A DNA stretch of 63,164 nucleotides, filler included, from Perkinsus chesapeaki ATCC PRA-425 (taxonomy: Eukaryota > Protista > Perkinsozoa): assembly GCA_013115145.1 (NCBI GenBank). It is 7 parts of 7 records of this genome, joined end to end, with 100 filler letters (N's around TTAATTAATTAA, not from the genome) between each part and the next. Parts side by side here need not be neighbours in the genome. Positions count along the whole stretch, not along the records: positions 1 to 9,476 come from JAAPAO010000936.1; positions 9,577 to 31,292 come from JAAPAO010000589.1; 5 more parts are not named here. One strand, given 5' to 3'. Below the pieces are notes generated by a model that was not told the DNA's origin, searched no databases, and saw only the letters and a list, made by a program, of their open reading frames with translations. A program made the translations under genes and the position numbers. Shown here one piece after another: positions 1-12,641 of the stretch; position 1 is the stretch's first letter; every line of letters starts with the position of its first letter.

Positions 1-963
1 GCATAGAGTCGCAAATCTGGCAGAGAATGGTCACAAAAACGTGATATTCTAAGTTAATTTGGAGGACTGTATTAATATAGTTATTAGTAGGTTATAGTAT
101 TAATACGTAATGATGGTGGTATTGGTGCATCATTAGTACAATTTACTATATCATTAATATTAGGTTTATTAGTACCAGCATGTGGATGGTTTGGTGCTAA
201 AAATAAGTAATATATTATTATTTAATAATAATAATAATAACTTGTCATGACAGTGATCGTAATCTTATGTGTTGCTTTTGTGGATGTAACTTTTTTACTA
301 TGTTATTATCTATACTTGGTTTAGCATCATTAATATCATTAATAATAATATTTAATGATTGGGATAATGAATGTAAAAAAGGTCAAGTGCATTACGATGT
401 AATAATAAAGATACTACCGACAACACTATGAGGATTATCAATATTAGATAACTGATGGATTATTCTATGCTGAATCTGATAGTGATACTTTAATATCATG
501 TAGTAATTATTAAGTATTATTTAATATTATCATTATTATCAGGCCCTGATCTATCTACATTCAACGCAGCTGCTGCATTAGCATTTGGTATTATATTATC
601 ATTATTTGTTATTATATTTGATGCTTTAAGCTTTTATTATGGATATCAATTGTATTATTAATTATAATAATGTTATATATATCATTATTAATAGATATAA
701 TAAACTAAGCCAAGGTATAGTAATTGCTGTACCATATCAAGGTCCTTCACCACTACCACCACCAACATTACCTATCCAAAATAGACATGTATAATAATGA
801 TACTGCCTTTGTTAATAAACTATATATTAATAATTATTATTAGGTTATAGGAAATATGGTTAAAGAAGGTGATGATAAGGGTAATGAAGATGGAGGTAGT
901 CAGGGGGTTGTTAATAATAACAGAGAACAAGTTGTTGAATATGACGATAATACTGCTATTTAA
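1..963 (+). CDS. Multi-exon, multi-pass membrane protein (tetraspanin-like TM2-TM3 motif), 5' partial; paralog of 1084-2421
   Basis: Exons read GGIGASLVQFTISLILGLLVPACGWFGAKNK / DRNLMCCFCGC; last exon VIGNMVKEGDD...YDDNTAI* ends at TAA 961-963; short GT-AG introns. Family call is weak: no canonical CCG motif seen. Confidence 0.6.
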
Positions 964-1083
964 TACGACGATGCATGTATACATAATAGTGTATTACTGC
1001 CCATAATAATACTGATGATGCTGATGTGTTATATAATTATATTATTGTGTTTATTAATAATATATATAATATACTCGAGTATA

Positions 1084-2421
1084 ATGCAATCATCATCACC
1101 GCCATCATCACAAGCATACCCCACAATAGCAGGCCCATTACCAGTAGTAGCATCAGGTAGTACACCACAAGTAGTAGTAGGAAGTAATGTAGTATATGGT
1201 ATACCAATAGAAAATGAAGGTAATAATATTAATACTAGTAATATACAAGGTGTTATTAGTAACTGCATCTGTTGTACGTAAAGTATTAATATTGTCTATT
1301 ATAGGAGGATTATTTGCTATATCAAATAGTGTAATATTATTATTAATCATGCAGTTGTATATTAAATAGAGTAGATAAGATCTGGTATATCTAGTGGTTA
1401 TGATACTGCAACAAGTGTTATATTTATTATAGTATATATTGGTATAGGGTTATTAGTACCAGCATGTGGATGGTTTGGTGCTAAAGAAAGGTAGTAGTAT
1501 TAATAATATAATATATTGATAAGTATTATTATTTATATATTTAGTAATAGAAATCTTATGTGTTGCTTTTGTGGATGTAATCTATGCAATGTGGTAATAA
1601 TAATATACATATAATAATATTATTATTAATAATATTAGATATCATCATTAATAGGAATTATCGTAATAATACTATTTTATATAGTATTAAATAAATGGTA
1701 TAGAGAATGTGAAAATGGTGAAGTTCATACAGAGGTAGTAGTCGTAATAATAATATTATAATTATGGCTGTTGTTAGATTGATTACTATACCGGTGAAAT
1801 ATATGAATATCCAATATCAGATGAACATAAAACAACACACTGTAATAGTAGTCTTATAATAATAATAAAACATTGTTAATTTCATTATTATTAATATAGG
1901 TAATGATGTTATTGATTGGAATGATAATACAAATAATACAACAATTTTATTATTATTAATAGTACCAATATTATCAATAGTATTTAATGGTGCTAGCTTT
2001 TATTATGGTTATAAGTTGTATTAATAATTATTATTATATAATTTATATTAATAATATTATTAGATACTCTTTATTAAGCGAAGGTATAGTAATAGGTGTA
2101 CCTTATTATACACCACAATATCAACAACAACAAGGGGTAGTAGTAGTAGGGCAGCAGTATTATAATAGTAATCATCATGTGGATCCGAATAATAATGCAT
2201 GGTTATCATCATCATCATCACCGACATATCCACAAATAATAGGAGGGCAAGCTGGTGTTATAAATAGAACAATAGTGACTATAGGGCAACCTATAGGACA
2301 CCAAATACAAGGAGACCATGACCAAGGACGAGATAATAATAATAATACAGCAGCAGCAGGAGCAAGTATAGAGATTAATAATAATGAAGTAGATAGTCCT
2401 GTAGTAAAGGTAACAAGATAA
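1084..2421 (+). CDS. Multi-exon membrane protein, tandem paralog of 1-963
   Basis: ATG 1084 (MQSSSPPSSQAYP...); exons with IGIGLLVPACGWFGAKER / NRNLMCCFCGCN, near-identical to the upstream gene; Q/G/N-rich last exon ends at TAA 2419-2421. Confidence 0.65.
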
Positions 2422-2621
2422 TTATTATTAATAATAGCATATGATTTATTAATATATATTATCAATTATAATAGAATTATGATTATCATTATTATTGATC
2501 ATGATTTAATAATGTTACTTTTTATTACAGCAATGGTGTGTTATTATTATTGTTAAGGTGTTATTGTGTTATTTATTATTAATAATAATTTATAGTTATC
2601 AATAATAATACCAAACCAATC

Positions 2622-3203
2622 ATGACATCATCAACACCAAATAATAATAATAGTGTTAGTGTTGGTGGAATATTTAATACATTTATTAACTGTTGTTGTA
2701 CTCTACCATTACCGCGTATTTATATACCACCAAGACGTATATCTGAATGTATGACAACTAAAGATGCTATATTATTTGTACAAGGTACATCATTATTATT
2801 ATTATCAGGAATAATAAGATATGTATTATTATGTACAAGTATTACTAATAGTTTGACCGATAATATGTTTTTAGGATGGAATGATATTATAACATCATTA
2901 ATAATAATGTTATTTCGTCGAGGTGGTTGTCAATCTAGTGGTAGTTGGTTAATGCTAGTATGTATTTGGGGACCACTAAGTATATTATTTAATATATTTG
3001 GATTATATTCAAATATAATATCTGATAATTGGAGTATATTAAAAGGATATAAATATACTTATTGGATAATAAATAATATATTATTAATATTATGTGGTAT
3101 ATTATTACAGTTATATTTGATTATTAAATGTTATACATTAATAAAAGAACTTATACCAGATTGGACATCAACACTAGCAGGAGATGATCCACGTTACGAG
3201 TAA
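2622..3203 (+). CDS. Intronless 193-aa hypothetical protein with about four hydrophobic segments
   Basis: Uninterrupted ORF in very AT-rich DNA, with non-low-complexity sequence and several hydrophobic helices; family not recognised. Confidence 0.6.
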   Translation: MTSSTPNNNNSVSVGGIFNTFINCCCTLPLPRIYIPPRRISECMTTKDAILFVQGTSLLLLSGIIRYVLLCTSITNSLTDNMFLGWNDIITSLIIMLFRRGGCQSSGSWLMLVCIWGPLSILFNIFGLYSNIISDNWSILKGYKYTYWIINNILLILCGILLQLYLIIKCYTLIKELIPDWTSTLAGDDPRYE

Positions 3204-3525
3204 TAACAACAACTATTACTACTTATAGTATTATTCTTAGTTATGGTTTACGATTATGCCCGGGAGAACAACCAATAACAAGACAACCATTATTACCACC
3301 ACCACAACAACAACAAGCATTAGTATGATTATACGTTTCTAAAATATTGAGTAGTTCCGTTATTAGTAATAGTTATAATAATAGTGAATTAAGGATCGAT
3401 ATTGTTAAGTATGATGATAGGTATGTACAGTATGATTGTGTCTAGTAATAGTTGGATAATATTATAACTCAATAACAATAATATTTGATAATGATACTAA
3501 ACTATAATATGAAGTATAATAATAA

Positions 3526-4767
3526 TCAATATGTATAAAATGGTGTTTTGTTTTCCACTAATGGTATATATTCTTTATCATTATTCGATATTCTTCTACT
3601 CGTTGTTGTTGTTGTTGTTAATCTTATTGTACGTTGCATTTTATTTAAATATGTCCAACAAATAACCCAACGTGTCTGTCTTCCTTGATAAAGAGTTATA
3701 GTTTTAACATCAACAATTAATGGATCTAATAAAACAACAACAATGACATCACATTAATTATTATTATTTTACTATTACTTTTTCTCAACATATTTCCTAT
3801 CTTCTTAAGTGTAGTTCTTCTGGCACATAAGCTAGTAAACCAAACACATAATTGTGGATATTCATCTGTTTCCTTAATCATCCTATAATATTACTATTAT
3901 TTTGGTGGCCAATAATCATCATTTATTATCCTACCTCATTAAGAATCCTAATTCTCCACCTTTACATTTCATTTCTATTGCAGATCCACCATAATCCTTA
4001 TACGGATTCCTATTAAGTGCTCCTTTTCTGGAACTCGGACTCGATTTGCTTCCTATTGATGATGATGATGATTCACTTTTATCATCTTCATAGAACGGTG
4101 GATTACACATTGAGAATGCATAAATATTATCGAGATTTAAACCATGAAATATTTTCATTTTATCATTTTGTTTTATAACTTTAATATTTAATCCTTTATT
4201 ATCATTTATTATATTATTTATATTATTTATACATTCATCACATATATCAGTTCCTAACATATTCCATTTATATATAGATGATGCCAATAATGAATATATA
4301 CCATTACATCCTATACCAATATCAATACCATTAATACCACCATCACCACTACCACCACAATCATCTTCATTATTATTATAAACAACACCACAATCTTCTT
4401 TTATTAAATCAGCTATATGATGTATATAATTTTCTCTAGATGGTACTGGTGGTATTAAATAACCATTTGGTATATCCCATTGCTTAATATTATATAAATG
4501 TAATAATATACATTTAGTTAGACATTTCACTGCATTATTATTATTATAATTAATACTATAACCACCATATCTATTATTATAAATATATTTACTTAACTCT
4601 TCACATCCTTCTTTATTTGATAATTCCTTATAATCTATTGGAATCCTATGTTTACTTCTTTCATGCATTTTATTTGTATTATTAATATATTTTTTATTAT
4701 GGACTTCATTATTATTATCATCATCACCTCTATCCTCTTCTTCTATTATTAATCTATTTCTTTTCAT
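3526..4767 (-). CDS. METTL16: METTL16/RlmF-family RNA N6-adenine methyltransferase (multi-exon)
   Basis: Motifs GYLIPPVPSRENYIHHIADL, GIDIGIG (SAM motif I), FSMCNPPFY (catalytic NPPF), GGELGF; spliced exons MIKETDEYPQLCVWFTSL and QGRQTRWVICWTY. 3' end approximate. Confidence 0.85.
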
Positions 4768-4896
4768 TAATATTATTATCTAACTATATAAAGAACACTG
4801 TTACTAACTGTGTGTAACACAACAACATAATAACATCATTATATAACTATTCATCATAATAACAATATCAACTATTTATTATTATTATTATTATTG

Positions 4897-6375
4897 TTAT
4901 CGTCTATTACTACGATAACGTCTATCATCATAAACATCACCATCATCTTCATATCTGCTATGATGACTATGATGTCTAGTATTATTATTATATTTATCTA
5001 TTTTATTATCTCTACTTCTACTTCTTCTTCTCCTTCTCTTATTATTATCATCCCTTCTTCTAGTATCATCTACCACCTTTTTATCATAATAATAATCCTC
5101 ACCACCACCACCACCACCACCACCACCTCTGCTTCCTCCTCCACCTCTAGAATGTTGTTGATGTTGTAATACTATATCATCTCGTGGTATCCTCTTTCTA
5201 CTTATCATTGAACTAGTCGTCGTCGTCGGCCCTCTTCTGGATATTCTACTATTCTCTTCTTCTTGCTGCTGCTGTTGTTGTTTTTCAGCTAATCTTTTAT
5301 CAATTCCACAATGTGGCCCTTCTATAAAGTATAATTTCATCATACCTTTATTATTATTATTAGATATACTAAATATACATTTATCAGCAGTTAATGCCTT
5401 TTTACCATCTAATGGTGTTAATTGTAACTAATTGTCATTATCATTCATACTCTTATTATTAATAATATATTACCTTAGGTGTATTAGGTATTTTATTAGA
5501 TAATACATATTTATCACTTTTTATTAATCCACCATCCCCCTTTCCTCCTCCCCCTCCTGTTGCTAATGTTATACTATATATTATAGTAGTACCATTAATT
5601 GCTTCTATCATCATACGTTGTCTATGTTGTGAATACCATATTGCTACATGTTGTTTATGTACACCATAACTTCTATCTAATATTTGATTATCTTCAATAT
5701 TCTCATATTCACTACCAAATATTAACCCACGATGATCATCTAATGCTAATTCTGATAACTAACAACAATAAGAAGAAGGTAACAACATAATGATGAATAA
5801 TAATATTATTATACACACCACCATCTGCTGTATTACCTGTACTCCTTTAAATCCTCCTACTCCCACTCCTTTATCATCCTTATTACCCTCTCCTTCTCCT
5901 CCTTCTGTTACTTCATATACTTTTAACATAAATTTTCCTTTAGGTGGGAATCCTGCTTCTGGTGGTATCTTATATTTACCAATCTCATCAAATGCTAATT
6001 TACCATCATCATTATTCTAATATTAACATCATCAACATCAACAAAGCCTATTACTACTACTACCATTATTACTTTAGCTGAGAATCTTTCTCTTACTTTA
6101 TGTTGTTGTCTATTACCAGTTACTGTTGATAAGAAGCATCTAGGATCAGCACGCATTAAACGATAATAACAATAACAACTGTTAAAATAGTAAGGCGGGG
6201 CGGGAGCAGAAGTGTATAACAATAATACTATTATATGTTTAGATGCCAATTATGAATTTAGGACAATATCCATTAATAATAATACTAATGCATCATTATC
6301 ATCATTATCAATACCATCACTATTGCTATATGTTATATTATGTTTTCAAACCACTTGTTTGTCGGAGTCTTATCA
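4897..6375 (-). CDS. Hypothetical multi-exon protein with Gly/Arg/Ser-rich low-complexity C-terminus
   Basis: Exon-like segments (RLMRADPRCFLST..., LALDEIGKYKIPPEAGFPPKGKFMLKVY, KLYFIEGPHCGIDKRL) and ORF 4897-5343; no family recognised; boundaries uncertain. Confidence 0.35.
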
Positions 6376-7779
6376 TTATTTCCCTTTATTCTTATTATAG
6401 TAGTTAATAATAACCATAGATATTGCCAATATACTGATAATACCAATTATCTCTTTATTATTATCCTTTATACCTCCTACTCCTCCTACCCCTCTTACTC
6501 CAGCCGCCCCCATAACCATCGATAACCATCCATTATTATTATTTATACCACTCTCATCATCCACCAATATACTACTATCACCATCACCATCTTCCTTCTG
6601 CTCTTCCTTCTCCTGTTGTTGTTGTGGTCCGTTAATATTATCCTTATTTAATATAGCATGTGCTTTTAATGGTAACCATAATGGTTCCATCTCATTAACA
6701 GTTACTTCATGTAGTTTACCTTTAAACTCGTATCTATATAATAATACTAATAATAATATTAATAATAATATTATTATTACAAAACATATAAACATGCATT
6801 AGTCACCATCCCTCCTCCTCCTCCTCCTCCCTCCCCTTTATTATTATCTTCTTGTTGTTGTTTATATAATGGTATTGGATTATAGAATCCAGGTAAATCA
6901 GCTTTAGCTAATCCTCCAGCTAATATAACCTATTACAACTACTATAACTATACTTACCATTACGCTATTATTACTTTATGTGAGTCAACTGCACATTGTA
7001 ATGGTATAGTTACATTAATATATGGTCCTTCTAATTCATTATTATTATCTTTCTTCCTATTTAGATTACCAAATAAAGCCTATATTTAATAATAATAATA
7101 ATACCAAACCTTTAAAAACTCTATTATTATTACTTGTTTAATAATAACACCTTTCCTTTTAATTTCCTTATCTAATATTATATTATATTCATGTTGCATA
7201 TTATTAATATCTCTATTAGCCTGTTCTCTCATTAATAATAATAATTTATCACTATCATCTTTATTTATTATCCTTCCTTCCCTTCTTATATCATATATTA
7301 TCCTTTTAGTATCATTAGATAAACATTTCCATGCTGTTTGTATAGCAGTCCAATGCTCCAATGAATAATTACTACTACCACTACGACGACACTTTGATGA
7401 TGATGATGACATAGAACCACCATTACCACCATTATCATCAATATCACTAGTACTACTTGTAGTTGTATTATCAATATTATTATTCTCTTTATTATTAACC
7501 ATCTTCTTCTTCTTCGTCAGGTGTAATGTCTCTTCTTCTTCTTCTCGTTGCATATTATTATTAATTAATACTTTATCGGGATGATATCTCCTATATCATC
7601 ATCATCAGTTATTATCCCTATTATTATTATTACCTGCATATATCATAGAAAGCATGTCTTATATCATCTAATGTTGCATCAGATGATACCCCCAATATAC
7701 TATAATAATCACCTATACCCCCACCACCACTACTACAACTACAACTACAACAAGATGATGATGAGGAAGAAGGGGGCAT
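6376..7779 (-). CDS. DNAJC11: DNAJC11-like J-domain protein (J domain + DUF3395-type C-terminal domain + TM tail)
   Basis: ATG 7779; GDYYSILGVSSDATLDDIRHAF, spliced RYHPDK (HPD motif), AWKCLSNDTKRIIYD; C-terminal INVTIPLQCAV, KADLPGFYNP, YEFKGKLHEVTVNEMEPLWLP. Confidence 0.85.
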
Positions 7780-7900
7780 AATAATGGTGATGATATTACT
7801 ATTATTAATATAACTATATTAACACAATAACCTTAACGATAAGGGTAAACAAACTATATATCAACTACTACTACAGTAGTACTACTACTACTACCATAAT

Positions 7901-8192
7901 CTATCATTCCCATATCTATCATTAACCCTTATCCTTGCCTATCATCCCCATATCTATCATTAACCCTTATCCTTGCCTATCATCCCCATATCTATCATTA
8001 ACCCTTATCCTTCCCTTATCCTTGCCTATCATCCCCATATCTATTATTAACCCTTATCCTTGCCTATCATCCCCATATCTATTACATATATATCATTAAC
8101 CCTTATCCTTGCCTATCATCCCCATATATATTATTAACCCTTATCCTTGCCTATCATCCCCATATCTATTATTAACCCTTATCCTTGCCTAT
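7901..8192. repeat. 38-bp minisatellite, about 7-8 copies
   Basis: Unit ccccatatctatcattaacccttatccttgcctatcat repeated head-to-tail with small indels; no spacers. Confidence 0.95.
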
Positions 8193-8349
8193 GTAAAGTA
8201 TTAATCCATTTCACTTCTAGGTCATACCTTTGTTTATGTTTTCTACTATTATTATGTTTATTTAAATCCTCTATACTAGTACCTAGGTAGTAGTAATAAT
8301 ACTATTTACCTACCATAATATATAACCCCCCATATCTATTATTACATTT

Positions 8350-9283
8350 AATATCACATACACTACATACCGCCGCCGCCGCTATCATCATACAACTACT
8401 ATTATTATTATTATCATTAAGGTCCGTTTCATTTCCGTCAGCAGCTAGTTTAAATACCTATTAATATATCATATAATCATTATATACTAGATATATTAAT
8501 ACGTAAGTTATTGGTGATGTTAAATTAAATGTTTTATCATGATCCACATTACGTGGCTGATAATAATAACTATTATTATATTCACCCAATGTGAACTTGG
8601 TTAATATCATATCTTCATTATTATATTTCATATCTTTATCCTTTATATTTAATATTCCTTTATATATTAACTTATTACTATTATTACTATTATATTTAAT
8701 ATAAGAGGGTAATGTATTAACCCTCCACCAAGTATATGGATATACATTCTTAATAGTTATCCATATTTCACCATTATTATTAATATATTTATATGATGAT
8801 ATTAAGAAATATAATAACATTAATTTATTAGCAATAATATAACCAGGACCATTACCATTATCTTTTATTATTGACGATAATACTCTTCCTCTTTTATGTA
8901 TATCTCCTATTAATGGATGCATCTATTAATAATAATATCATATTATTATATATGTTATATATATTACAAATATTATTTTATCAAATATAATATTAATATT
9001 ATATTTAATTATTAATGTATTATATATATCTGTACCATCAACATTATCATATACTTTATGACCTAATTTAATTATCCTATTCTTATTATTAATACAATCT
9101 AAGCCATACCTAATAACCATAATAACATGACTATTATATTAATTATTATTACTTATTATATAATTCATTATTATCATCATATGTAGTTGCATATATAGTA
9201 ACAATACTATTATCCATTATCTCAGCTAAACCTCTCGAATAAGATAGATTACCATCACCTATTATTAATATATTATAAAACAT
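8350..9283 (-). CDS. BMT5/DUF2431-like rRNA uridine-N3 methyltransferase domain protein (multi-exon)
   Basis: ATG 9283: MFYNILIIGDGNLSYSRGL...ATTYD; NVDGT; IIFDKIIF; GEIWITIKNVYPYTWW; YYQPRNVD. Matches the DUF2431 pattern LVGEGNFSFS...ATS.D...VDAT...FD.IIF...PY..W. 3' end approximate. Confidence 0.75.
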
Positions 9284-9476
9284 AGTCAACAAAAAACACT
9301 AGTATCTTGAAGATATTATTAGCTGTACCGCGGCCCCAACCTGTGCACATTCTGGTCCGAACGTGTGCAAGCCCATTGTGATACCCCCCTAATACCCCTC
9401 TATGATTAGCTTGCCGTTCAGTCCGAGAGTGAAGCTGTGGGGGTCCAGACTATGACTTGCCTTGCTCTGGTCTGTG

Positions 9477-9576
9477 NNNNNNNNNNNNNNNNNNNNNNNN
9501 NNNNNNNNNNNNNNNNNNNNTTAATTAATTAANNNNNNNNNNNNNNNNNNNNNNNNNNNNNNNNNNNNNNNNNNNN
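9477..9576. other. Artificial contig linker N44-TTAATTAATTAA-N44 (also centred at 31337, 40192, 54156, 59411, 61905)
   Basis: The same 12-mer, giving stops in all six frames, is flanked by N runs six times; a standard pseudomolecule spacer. Confidence 0.98.
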
Positions 9577-9757
9577 TCTATACTGTATTCTATTCATTGT
9601 ATTATACAATCAAGTATACAATGATAGTATATCTATACTGTATTCTATTGATTGTATTATACAATCAAGTATACAATGATAGTATATCTATACTGTATTC
9701 TATTCATTGTATTATACAATCAAGTATACAATGATAGTATATCTATACTGTATTCTA
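9577..9757. repeat. 55-bp tandem repeat, about 3 copies, at contig start
   Basis: tctatactgtattctattcattgtattatacaatcaagtatacaatgatagtata recurs at 9577, 9632, 9687. Confidence 0.95.
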
Positions 9758-9789
9758 GTATTCTATTGAAATTTGCATTTTTCATCATG

Positions 9790-10620
9790 GGAAAGAACTA
9801 ACCGACCTTGTGCAAGCCTCGAAGTTGCTATCATTTTCCAGCAATGCATTCCCAACGATTCGTAGAAATGATTAGTATACATTAAATTGTATCATACCAT
9901 GTAGGATTTATTGACACGTATAGTCCTCCCTATCCACCGTCGTGTTGAAGACCACCTTAATCGCATATGAAAAGTTCGCGGAATTACGCAGATCAAGAAC
10001 TTTGGCACGTCGTTGATCGTGATCTGAATAGTCCATCATGAGCATAGTACTCCTAATCAAGGCTTATCAGTCTACCGAAACTCCATGGTTTGTGTAAGAT
10101 ACGTCTTTACATTCATCGGTGAAGCTGGTGTCCCACCTAGTGGCCTTGAGTCTATCTTGCTCGGCCTACTCATATCATTATGTAAGTTATCGCCATACGA
10201 GGATATAACAAACTCTCCCCGAGAGTCTTTGCTAACAGCTGCTAGAGGCTGCAGATGAAACGAGGAGTGAATGCAGTGCTTTTCACAAATTCATGCTTTT
10301 TCGGGAAGCGTATCGTAATAAGAGCTTCTCTAATATGCTTCTTTATTCTTTTCAAGCTCGACCAGATCTGGAATACCAGACGGCCCCCTGAGTAGCGCTT
10401 TAAATCTCGTTTCGACCCCATCTCCAGCTTCTATTTTGGTAGGTAATACAATGCTCGGTGAGGAGCTGTACGTGATGGCAAGCTCTGCCGGTGCTCATAG
10501 AGAGAACGGCGCAGACATCATTGTCCTTGTCTTCTATTTTATACTGTCAATTTTCAATGTCATATTTAGTGCGGTACTGGTGGCATTTCAAGGACATGTG
10601 ATAAATGGAAATGAGTGAGT
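9790..10620 (+). pseudogene. Possible degenerate dicarboxylate/amino acid:cation symporter (DAACS/SDF) fragment
   Basis: Fragments in the expected order: LLSFSSNAFPT, RIVLPI, TFIGEAGVPPSGLESILLGLL (resembles IGAAGIP.AGL), then a hydrophobic tail; interrupted by stops. Confidence 0.25.
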
Positions 10621-12641
10621 TACCTACCAATCCTACAATGGTGATGTTCGGTCAAACACACAGTGACGATGTGATGGTAATTAAGCAACACTGTAATTAC
10701 CAAGTAGTGGTACGGGAAAATACGTATTAAAAACTATGGTGTATAAACTTAGTACTCTAGCGTCCGGAGACAGAGCTAAAAAAGATACTGTGTTAAGATG
10801 ACATTACACAAAACTTTGCCGTATCCGGCACAACGATTGTGTCACAGCGGGAACAGGAAGTTGTGGTACTTTCTGTAGCTGGAGCGATTCGGCACTCGTC
10901 GAGATGTGACTTCACCCATATGCGCTCCTTCAATCATATCACAAGGTCTTTGCCTTCCAATTTGACAAGGAATCTCATCCTCAGAGCTGCTCAACAATAC
11001 TTTTACACTAGTATCCGGTCATCCCCTGTAGAGGCCTTCGCAGTGGAGATCGGCATCTCTGAATTAATGTAAGTCAAGACACAGCGGTGGCCTACAGACT
11101 GTACTACCGCATAGCACGTCCTTCAAATCTAGTTGTGGAGATTTGCGCCCTCCGGCCACTACATTTCTCGATCATCGAGACTCGATGTCACGTACTCCAA
11201 TGAAGCTTCCCATGAAGCTTCAGTAGTCGGTACGAAAAACTATGCAGGGAATGTGTTTCGACCGTTCCTATTTTGCACAATTATGACCAACGGTAATGCA
11301 TTCCATCCGATTGTCAGCTTTTCATATGCTAAACCTCGGTTACCGGATCTTGGCTCCCCCCGCCGAAATCACAAAGGGTTATGCGCTATTTGCCAGGTAC
11401 AATACGTTGTGGCCAGCCACGCTCCTTCTGCCGTATATTGGCTTCGCGTTTGGAGGATATCTAGTGAAATTCGCATTTATGTAAGCTCACACTGGACACA
11501 GGTGGCCGCAGTAGACGGGGCTGACATGACATCTGACGTGCAAGATATCCACAGCTATGTGAACTTGAAATAGTGAATTACAAAAAGCAAAGCTAGAGAT
11601 GAGTATATTCTTATATGCATAGTTACTACAGAGTTCATAATTGTATGGTAACGTGAACCAAAAATCGTGTATTAGAAAATCTGCCAATATACTTACGTGT
11701 ACTTTATTAAAGATTACATCACCTAGTGCTCGAATACTTTATGATTACTTCAACTCATGTCTCGAGGAGGAAGCTTGCTACGTCAAGACAAGGATTGAAA
11801 GATTCACTTCTTCCCTTCCAGTCACTTTTAATGAAGTCGGTCCACAACATCGTCAGGTACATTCGAGCAAAGCGAAGCTCATCTCTAACACCAGCCACGG
11901 CCGAAGCACTGTTGGAGCCCTCAGCTATGTGGCTGGCATGGGACTATTCCCTAATAGTAGCAAACTGCCTCACGTGAGACTGCTACACTGGCTTCGTGAT
12001 CGAGACAATTTTTTATTAGGTGCGTTCTGTTCCTGTTTACTGTGGCACCTTTGAACGTCGCTCCCTCGATCTTCGTTAACATGATTATGTGGTGTGGCTT
12101 CATGTACATTTCGCAAAAGACACTTCATCTTAGAATGTCGAAAGTGAGGATATATTACAGCCATCGGTGAGCGGGAGGAAATGGTTAACGTGTTAACGTT
12201 GTTGGAATCGGAATTGGAATTGTGTTACTACTCTTCCTCCCGAGGAGACGTATCTTTGAGTTGCTCAACAAAAATGAACGCTAAAGAATGGCAGTTCTTT
12301 CTCGTTCGCCCTCCTGGTGAAACGGCTGAAAGTTTTGTCACGAAAGTCATACCAATCGATTCCTCTTGTCAAATAGCTACAGTCCTCAAGGTCTCACTCT
12401 AGCTTGATCATGTATACGTGAGATATTCAAATTTTAGCGACTTGCCAAACAAACGCTAACGCACTGTACGGTGAAGTGGCTCAAGTAGTGTCGCCATAAC
12501 GACGTAACTCTTTACGAGTTGAGTCCAATGAAGTTCTCTATCGAGGTCTCTGGAAAATCGCAATTACAAGTATAAGGTTGCTCCGAGGAACTTCCTCGGA
12601 CGTAGCAGTTAGACGTCCACTTGATAGTGCTTTGTTTTTGC

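Noticed and set aside
9521-9532. Recurrent palindromic TTAATTAATTAA as a biological motif
   Set aside because: Always embedded in N44...N44; an assembly spacer with stops in six frames.
12466-12485. Spliced-leader relic (tggctcaag)
   Set aside because: Only the last 9 nt match the dinoflagellate/perkinsid SL; expected by chance.
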